A stretch of DNA of 64,000 nucleotides, taken from the NCBI GenBank assembly GCA_902802815.1, contig CADCNQ010000009.1, positions 1,307 to 65,306 of the forward strand. The letters are read 5' to 3'. Numbering within the stretch: position 1 is the stretch's first letter; every line of letters starts with the position of its first letter. This stretch comes from an uncultured Bacteroidales bacterium. GTDB lineage: Bacteria > Bacteroidota > Bacteroidia > Bacteroidales > Bacteroidaceae. The position numbers and the translations under genes are program-made. Below are positions 17,562 to 23,738 of the stretch, piece by piece. Under the pieces are notes generated by a model, which ran no database searches, had not been told where the DNA came from, and worked only from the letters and a program-made list of their open reading frames with translations.

Positions 17562-20500
17562 TTAACCATTAATACTTAAAACGAACTCACCCTTATCAAG
17601 CCAGTAGGCACCGTCACTGGCAAGACTTTGAACCCCAAAACTCAGTTTCTGTTGAGAGAACGGCTTACCCATAGCATCAATTGCAGAAACTATTTTCAAC
17701 TCTTCCTTGTCCTGGGAATAATTTCTCACTACGGAAACCTTTAAAGGTAATGATACAGTATGCAAATCTACGCCTTCCGCTAAATTGAGCGCGAATATGG
17801 GACGCGCTTGATAAAACTGCGAGACCAGTTGCTTACAACCAATAAATAGAGGGAATCCATGAACTTCAAAAGTTGCTGTATTTTGATCTGGTGTAAGTAT
17901 GGCCTCGGATACTTTTTGATTGACCACATTATACAGTCCCATATAATTAGCCGTAGATACCATATCTTTCTTTAAATGGGTCATGTCCATGTGAAATCCG
18001 TTGATGCCGCCATTTGACGACATGTAACCTATCATGGCACCAATGGCAACCAAGGACTTCTGATCCTTGAAATATCCAAGTCCATCAGCGAAGGGGTACC
18101 ATTCACCAACACGGTAGTCGTTAAGACGGATAAGACGATTAGGAGAAGTTGGATAATACTTCAGGAACAAATCCGTAATTGCAGTTAACGATGTTGGTTT
18201 ACCGGCAAGTAAAACAATATCACAATTATATGTATTGAGCACTATGGCGAGCTGCTTCATCAAAGGCTCTATCTTGGTAATGATTATGTTTGAAAGGATA
18301 CTCTCATCAAAATTCCAAACAATCTTCTTGAAATCGAAATTGACATAAGACTTCCCGTTGGCTTCAATACTAAAATGCTTGTTAAAATGCTCTAAGATAA
18401 AACTTGCAGGCTGAAGTTCTCCAAAGAAATCCTCATATTTAAGCCTCATCGATTTACGTCCAAGACGCAACATGTCAAGCATCTTAAGCCCCATCGGAAC
18501 TGAGACCTGAACATTGAAATCCTGACGCATGATTCTGTCTTTATAGTCCATCAAAGCTTTGTCCTTTCCAAAGAAATTGTGAATACGCTCTGATGTCTCA
18601 CGTGATGCGTATGTGTATTTTATCTCTTGCTTCTCTGCATCTGATAAATTACTTAAATTTATCTTTCCTTTCAGATTTAGAGCTTCTACAAAATCATCAT
18701 CAGACAAAGCCATATAATTAGAACAAATCGCATTGAAGATAGGACCTTCATAAAGTTGACCAAGTCCTTTATTCTTACCTTCAATAATAACTGCTCTGAC
18801 AATTTCCTCAAGGATGTCGTCTCCAGCATAGTAGAAACTGTCCCAGAACAAAGGTTTGGGTGTAAGCTTACATACACCTTTCTCATCATATTTGTAGGCG
18901 CATATCATCAAGTCTGTTGTTCCTGCGCCAATGTCAACCGAACCAATTGTCAAAGAGTTCTTCTTATAATCATCTTCCAAGAACTCCTTACGCACATGAC
19001 CATATAGGTTAAAAAAGTCCTCACAATGATTGAGATAACGTTGTGCCACCTCCGCATACAGGTAAACCAATTGGCAACATGTGGCTTCATCATATCCCCA
19101 TTCTGTCTTGATGCGCTGTGTTGCGGGATTGTTCGGGTTTGTTGTCAGGTCTTTGACAGAAGGAATAATCTGAATCTTTCCTTGCCATTCCGCCGGGTCG
19201 TAAGGTTGATAATATAAATCCGGATCCTTACAACGAAGAAGGGATATATAAGCGTCCTCCGCACATTGACGAAGTATTACCTGTTCTTCCTTCGGCATTG
19301 CGGTGGGACAGGTAATAATGATGCTTCTCAATTTCCTCGGGATATTAATATCTCCATGTTTTTCCCGGAATCCCGGACTATTTATCTGACAATTGGCTTG
19401 CTGGAAAATCTCAATCATCACAAATGTCATTAACGACCTGCGAGAGAATGAGCTAAAGATTCCACCATTCTTGCTTCTACGCAATGTTCCGTCGCTATCG
19501 AATTGTTCTGATAGACCCTTAATGTTAATGTAATGATTCAGCGAAGAATTCTCATCTTCTTCCGTCGTAAGGAAGTCCCATTGCCCTTCAAATTGTTTAT
19601 TATCCCACAAATATCTCTTAGGGCTGGAATAGTTCGTCGTTTTTTGCGCTACTCCATTGGCTGGACGAGACTTATAAATCAATTTTATAGCTTCATCACC
19701 GATGCGTAAAAAGCTCTGCCAAGAAAACTGGTCGGGAACATCCATTTCACCAAATTTACAATGATGAAATGCTAAGCGCATATCAAAAGGCTTTTTGTAT
19801 ACTCTCCAAGGTTCTGACAAATCTTGAAGTTGAAGCATATCTACCTTTGTAAAATTTGCATCTTCAAACAATACCCCACACGTGCGAGAGTTGCCAATAT
19901 CAAGCACCAAGTCCACAGGTTTTGTCTCTTGATCATCCGTATAAAGTATAATTTCAGGAGTTAGCCCTATCTTTTGTATGTAAGACACAATTGTTATATA
20001 ATAAGCAATATAATGGAAATGCGAGATGTCACCCTCTGCAGACGTAAGTTCTGTATTCTCTTTGTTGCCATGTATAAGTGTTGCTATATATTCATCTACC
20101 CATTCACAGTCATAAGGTTTGGGAGAAAAGAAGTTAAACAACAATGAGATGTCTTTGCTGATTGAATAGTGTTTTTCTTCCTCACCATCATAGAAGAAAG
20201 GCTTATTCCCAGATATATCATTCTTAACTGATGTAGTGTCAAATGCCCAAACGACATGATAACGCCTTATGTTTTTTATTTTTGACGATGGAACAAGCTT
20301 CATGCGACACCATCCAGTCGGTCCAAACACGCTATTCCCCTGACTATCCTTTTCAAACATCGGCATTGGTAACCATTGGTTTTCTATCGCATCAAGAGGA
20401 CAGGTCCCCTTAGCTAAACGCTCTGTTATTGAGCCAGCAAAACAATAATCACTATAGCAATCTTTTTCATCTAGCACATCAAGCGTGGTAAAATCTATCT

Positions 20501-20813
20501 TACTTTCATCCACTATACGTTCATTACCATCAGAATCAAGGTATAGGTATGGAATCGGTTTATGATTCCTTAACTCATCAAGTCTAACTATCTGACCACC
20601 CGTAAAATTGACTGCCATCTCCAATGTCCACACGTCATCCATGATGTTGTAACTTTCATGGAACACCATAGGAACATCAAAGTCATTTTCGTCTTTGATG
20701 GTTAACGGACTCAAGAAGTTACCTTCTTTGTCAACAAAACTTTCTTCTGGTTTAATTTCAAAATCAGATGAAAAAAACTGAATGCCTGTGTTGGCAATTA
20801 GTGAAATGTTCAT
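17562..20813 (-). CDS. Very large Hsp70/actin-fold (ASKHA) ATPase, SrfB-like.
   Basis: The ORF track gives 17562..20873. The likelier start is ATG at 20811-20813 (MNISLIANTG...), 5 nt after the upstream stop. ASKHA motifs are phosphate-1 VDLVLDIGNSRTCGVLF, phosphate-2 GSVDIGAGTTDLMICAY and an adenosine-like CDIVLLAGKPTSL. Confidence 0.65.
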   Translation of the reverse strand: MNISLIANTGIQFFSSDFEIKPEESFVDKEGNFLSPLTIKDENDFDVPMVFHESYNIMDDVWTLEMAVNFTGGQIVRLDELRNHKPIPYLYLDSDGNERIVDESKIDFTTLDVLDEKDCYSDYCFAGSITERLAKGTCPLDAIENQWLPMPMFEKDSQGNSVFGPTGWCRMKLVPSSKIKNIRRYHVVWAFDTTSVKNDISGNKPFFYDGEEEKHYSISKDISLLFNFFSPKPYDCEWVDEYIATLIHGNKENTELTSAEGDISHFHYIAYYITIVSYIQKIGLTPEIILYTDDQETKPVDLVLDIGNSRTCGVLFEDANFTKVDMLQLQDLSEPWRVYKKPFDMRLAFHHCKFGEMDVPDQFSWQSFLRIGDEAIKLIYKSRPANGVAQKTTNYSSPKRYLWDNKQFEGQWDFLTTEEDENSSLNHYINIKGLSEQFDSDGTLRRSKNGGIFSSFSRRSLMTFVMIEIFQQANCQINSPGFREKHGDINIPRKLRSIIITCPTAMPKEEQVILRQCAEDAYISLLRCKDPDLYYQPYDPAEWQGKIQIIPSVKDLTTNPNNPATQRIKTEWGYDEATCCQLVYLYAEVAQRYLNHCEDFFNLYGHVRKEFLEDDYKKNSLTIGSVDIGAGTTDLMICAYKYDEKGVCKLTPKPLFWDSFYYAGDDILEEIVRAVIIEGKNKGLGQLYEGPIFNAICSNYMALSDDDFVEALNLKGKINLSNLSDAEKQEIKYTYASRETSERIHNFFGKDKALMDYKDRIMRQDFNVQVSVPMGLKMLDMLRLGRKSMRLKYEDFFGELQPASFILEHFNKHFSIEANGKSYVNFDFKKIVWNFDESILSNIIITKIEPLMKQLAIVLNTYNCDIVLLAGKPTSLTAITDLFLKYYPTSPNRLIRLNDYRVGEWYPFADGLGYFKDQKSLVAIGAMIGYMSSNGGINGFHMDMTHLKKDMVSTANYMGLYNVVNQKVSEAILTPDQNTATFEVHGFPLFIGCKQLVSQFYQARPIFALNLAEGVDLHTVSLPLKVSVVRNYSQDKEELKIVSAIDAMGKPFSQQKLSFGVQSLASDGAYWLDKGEFVLSING

Positions 20814-20818
20814 ATCTT

Positions 20819-21079
20819 TTATAATGTTATTATCAATAATAAAATATGTAATGTTAAAAACAACGGTATGCAAACCTGAAACATTTTATGATTAGTCTTA
20901 TGATGGAAACCATACATAGCCAACATCGCTCCCAATGAGCCTCCTCCTGCAGCGATTGCAAGAAGAACAGATTCTGATACGCGCCACTTATTTATGACTG
21001 CACAGTGCTTATCGTAACCATAAATTCCAAAAGAAATAATATTTAGTAGAAACACATAAACAATAATAATATACATCAT
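20819..21079 (-). CDS. DUF1294-family small membrane protein.
   Basis: 86-aa ORF with the motif pattern YDKHCAVINKWRVSESVLLAIAAGGGSLGAMLAMYGFHHKTNHKMF. This is characteristic of DUF1294 (YDK..A....WR[IV].E..L......GG..GA......F.HKT.K..F). Confidence 0.7.
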   Translation of the reverse strand: MMYIIIVYVFLLNIISFGIYGYDKHCAVINKWRVSESVLLAIAAGGGSLGAMLAMYGFHHKTNHKMFQVCIPLFLTLHILLLIITL

Positions 21080-21100
21080 GCCCTCTAACTTACTTTATCT

Positions 21101-21772
21101 TTACTTTATCACTTGTATAAAAGCTGTAGGTATATAAGCTGTTGAAATTAGCCCAACCTCGGTTATATTTACTATAACCCTCTGCTGACCTGACACTCTA
21201 GCAACCCTTCCTTCTACACCTTTAAATGCCCCGTCTGTTATCCTGACAATATCTCCGCTCTTGAAGTGGCACTGTGACTCGTCCACAAACTTTAAATGCT
21301 CACTGTTATTACAAGTGGCCATAATGAAGTTTTCCATTTCCTTGCGTGAAATTACCAAGGGTGGATTCTTTAGATTCTCATTATGTTGAAAATGATTATA
21401 ATAGTATGTAAGATAAGATATTGAGGGCGTATTTCTAACATACTCTTCTGCCTTCTCGCTAGTGGTATAAACAAAAAGAAGGTTCGGTATTAAGGACTCC
21501 AGAACCTTCTTTTGTTTACCATTTATCATCTTACGGGCATAACGCTTAGCAACATAAACAAATGTTCCGTCTGATATGATGTAATCCGATGCCTTATCTT
21601 CTCTTCCATATGAAGCACGAAACACATACCATTTCTTTGATGAGGTCGGCACATATCTTACCGACACCCCAGTCGCTGAACTTTTTGCTTCGGGGATGGT
21701 ATCAGAGATAAGTCTAACACAGGGAGGATTTGTCTCGCCTCCACAAGTAGCAACATTAGACAATGTGCTCAT
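21101..21772 (-). CDS. UpxY-family (NusG-like specialised paralog) transcription antiterminator.
   Basis: The ORF track gives 21101..21829. The likelier start is the internal Met at 21772 (MSTLSNV...). The NGN-like start is KKWYVFRASYGREDKASDYI. The C-terminal KOW motif is GDIVRITDGAFKGVEGRVARVSGQQRVIV. It is the first gene of the minus-strand block. Confidence 0.8.
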   Translation of the reverse strand: MSTLSNVATCGGETNPPCVRLISDTIPEAKSSATGVSVRYVPTSSKKWYVFRASYGREDKASDYIISDGTFVYVAKRYARKMINGKQKKVLESLIPNLLFVYTTSEKAEEYVRNTPSISYLTYYYNHFQHNENLKNPPLVISRKEMENFIMATCNNSEHLKFVDESQCHFKSGDIVRITDGAFKGVEGRVARVSGQQRVIVNITEVGLISTAYIPTAFIQVIK

Positions 21773-21831
21773 AATAGACCTTTTGTATCGGTCATAAATC
21801 GTATAAATGAAAAAGCGTGGAGACCACATCT

Positions 21832-22056
21832 GTTGCTCGCTCCACTCACCGAGGCCCTAGGATTGCCCATTACAGTCGAAACGAGCAACCCAGACCCCAC
21901 GCCGATATGCATTTAGTTTTTAACAACACACATTAGACTCAATAATAGAGCGAATGTATACGCAACCAACTGATTACATACCCATGGGCGTCTATCGTTG
22001 CTGAGTTCCTCGACTGTAATTGAGAGTTTCCTAGGCTTTCAGTGAGTCAAGAACAA
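21832..22056 (-). promoter_or_regulatory. Long imperfect rod-like RNA secondary structure in the leader upstream of the UpxY-like gene. It is either a candidate structured 5' leader or an independent ncRNA.
   Basis: I found these complementary segments by hand. 21869-21879 ATTACAGTCGA pairs with 22010-22020 TCGACTGTAAT (11 bp, perfect). 21856-21861 CCTAGG pairs with 22030-22035 CCTAGG. 21844-21849 ACTCAC pairs with 22042-22047 GTGAGT. 21884-21889 AGCAAC pairs with 21997-22002 GTTGCT. 21899-21903 ACGCC pairs with 21987-21991 GGCGT. An alternative, mutually exclusive 8-bp pairing joins 21832-21839 GTTGCTCG to 21882-21889 CGAGCAAC. Confidence 0.45.
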
Positions 22057-22166
22057 AGCGCATGATATACGCCTTTTCCATATATGGTATCCCACAAACA
22101 CCTCAAAGACACTTCCTTTCGGCTTTTCCCAGCGGTTTTTACACCACTTTCGGCGTGGAGATGTCA

Positions 22167-22174
22167 CAAAAGTA
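22167..22174 (-). promoter_or_regulatory. Candidate Bacteroidetes -7 promoter box (TAnnTTTG) for the UpxY-led operon.
   Basis: The minus-strand sequence TACTTTTG matches the Bacteroides sigma-A -7 consensus TAnnTTTG. It lies in a very AT-rich stretch about 390 nt upstream of the UpxY start. I found no clean -33 TTTG. Confidence 0.3.
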
Positions 22175-22335
22175 GAAAAATAAATCTAAAAAAGTATAGC
22201 TTCGGGCAAAAAAATATAAAAAATATTAAAAATTTAGCGAATTTGATGTTTTTGCATCCTGTTTTGAGATTATTTCTGAATTTATAAGACACCTTGAGGA
22301 CATCACCTTCGAGAAGGAAAAGGACTATACCTCAC

Positions 22336-22710
22336 CTAATCATAGTGTTCGAAGCACTCCATGAGCTCCCGGTAAATTTCACGCAGCTGTTCCGCAAAAG
22401 CCTCCGTCTGCATGGTGGCGACAATCTCATCCTTCGTACCCGAGGCCACATTACAGTCCGCCTTATATCTTCCCGACGGGATATAAGCCGCAGCCTCTAT
22501 GTAGCGCTTCCTGGGATCCGGCACTACATCTTTGGGCATCTTGTACACCTTCAGGCCGTATTTACCTACAAACTCGGTGGTCAACGGATCGGGATTGTCG
22601 AAAAACTCCATAATAGGGGTAAAATCCCCGTAGTCCGGCACATGGTCCACAACCTGCTGCACCATAACAGCAATGATTTTACGAATCTCTTCTTTCATCT
22701 TCTGATTCAT
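22336..22710 (-). CDS. Hypothetical protein (124 aa).
   Basis: The ORF has core-like (higher GC) composition. The overlapping plus-strand ORF 22294..22740 has an implausible R/H/L-rich translation. I recognise no motif. Confidence 0.55.
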   Translation of the reverse strand: MNQKMKEEIRKIIAVMVQQVVDHVPDYGDFTPIMEFFDNPDPLTTEFVGKYGLKVYKMPKDVVPDPRKRYIEAAAYIPSGRYKADCNVASGTKDEIVATMQTEAFAEQLREIYRELMECFEHYD

Positions 22711-22741
22711 CTGGCGTCACATAGTTTTATTAAGAGTTGAT

Positions 22742-23461
22742 TCATTTTAGCCCGCCATAGCTTTTGACGGCCTCTTCAAGCGCTTCTTCGGTAGTGAACT
22801 GCTCGTAGTACTTACAACGGGTGACGATGGACTGTGTTGAACAATTCTTACCCATCACACGCACCAGGGCCCAACCTTTCATCTCGTTGTCGAAGTCATT
22901 GTCCAACAATGCCAGACAGCCGTCCACAAGGGTAAATTCATCCCTTTTCACCTCTCGCATCTTGAAACTCACCCTGGGGCAGTCCTCACGGTGAAACTGC
23001 TGTTCTGCTGTGTAAAGCAAAAACACTTCATTAGGGCGGACTTCACCGGCGTTGCGGTCGGTGATTAACGCAGGAGTCCCGTCCACGTCTCCCAACCGTT
23101 GCTGTACAGGCAACAGACTGCCTTCGCTCACGGGGATGCCGGGCATCAGCAGCGAACCTTCAACCGAAGCCTTGTTTTTAGAAAGGAAAGCCACCGGCAA
23201 CTTGTTTGCCAACGACAGAAAACGATGGTAAGCGGTCTTGCCCTCTGTGAATAAGGGTGACCATGGTGACAGTTCCTTCCACAGAGCGATGCTGTGGCGC
23301 ATACGTTGGCGCTGGATGAACTGACTGCGGCTGTTGCTGCGACGGCCTTCCGAAGTGGATACCCGTGTTACGACTGTCCCGTTTCTAACGTATTTGGTCA
23401 CTCCAAGTGACGGAATCTTGCCGATAATCTCGACTCCAATAGATGGTTGTTTAATTTTCAT
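22742..23461 (-). CDS. Hypothetical protein (239 aa). Its N-terminus is reminiscent of Bacteroidetes DUF6266-type proteins (weak recollection).
   Basis: The ORF lies 31 nt upstream of the 124-aa gene on the same strand. The N-terminus is MKIKQPSIGVEIIGKIPSLGVTKYVRNGTVVTRV. There is no signal peptide or TM segment. Confidence 0.55.
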   Translation of the reverse strand: MKIKQPSIGVEIIGKIPSLGVTKYVRNGTVVTRVSTSEGRRSNSRSQFIQRQRMRHSIALWKELSPWSPLFTEGKTAYHRFLSLANKLPVAFLSKNKASVEGSLLMPGIPVSEGSLLPVQQRLGDVDGTPALITDRNAGEVRPNEVFLLYTAEQQFHREDCPRVSFKMREVKRDEFTLVDGCLALLDNDFDNEMKGWALVRVMGKNCSTQSIVTRCKYYEQFTTEEALEEAVKSYGGLK

Positions 23462-23643
23462 AACTATATCTTTTACATTTGCGCCGTACCAAGCAGGTAG
23501 CAGGCTTAATATTTGTTTGTTATTTCATCCTTACTTTTTCGTTATTTCTTCGATAAAAAATCGAACAACTAACGGAGAACTATCGAAGAACTAACGGAGA
23601 ACTGACAAAGAAGTATAGAATCTACGTACTCTTTGGTGGCTTA

Positions 23644-23727
23644 CTACTGCTTCACAACGAGCTTGTCGCCGGAGAGGTCAACTTCAAAGAGATGGGGGAT
23701 GCGGATGTAGCGGCCACGGACATTCCT
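23644..23727 (-). pseudogene. Relic of the 3' end (last ~27 codons plus stop) of a GH43 gene paralogous to 31908..32897.
   Basis: The translation RNVRGRYIRIPHLFEVDLSGDKLVVKQ* compares with the C-terminus of the 31908..32897 product, KNVNGRYIRIPTLFEVDLSGDKLVVRP*. By eye, nucleotide similarity is high over ~75 nt. The upstream part of track ORF 23644..23916 merely overlaps the real GH43 gene out of frame. Confidence 0.65.
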
Positions 23728-23738
23728 CAACTTTAACC

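Noticed and set aside
20814-20873. N-terminal 20-codon extension of the SrfB-like ORF (start at 20873), and similar extensions of other track ORFs: 21829, 25277, 36432, 38503, 5614 and 51191.
   Set aside because: The extensions overlap the upstream gene or precede an obvious signal peptide or conserved N-terminus. Internal Met starts give the tight, non-overlapping spacing seen elsewhere. The choice cannot be proven without N-terminal or ribosome-profiling data.
21832-22056. Whether the structured region is a tmRNA, RNase P RNA, SRP RNA, group II intron or retron ncRNA.
   Set aside because: None of the expected signatures is present. There is no tRNA-like acceptor/T-arm or tag reading frame. 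There is no GAGGAAAGUCC-type RNase P core. There are no GUGYG intron ends. No reverse transcriptase gene lies nearby. A 6S-like or leader role remains possible but unproven.
1-22335. Calling the AT-rich block a defined mobile element (ICE, prophage or transposon).
   Set aside because: No integrase, transposase, tra/mob, phage structural gene, flanking tRNA or terminal repeat is visible within the window. Only the compositional contrast supports foreign origin.
22084-22740. Plus-strand ORFs 22084..22287 and 22294..22740.
   Set aside because: The first lies in the AT-rich promoter/leader region of the minus-strand operon. The second is antisense to the better-behaved 124-aa minus-strand ORF. 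Neither has a recognisable motif.
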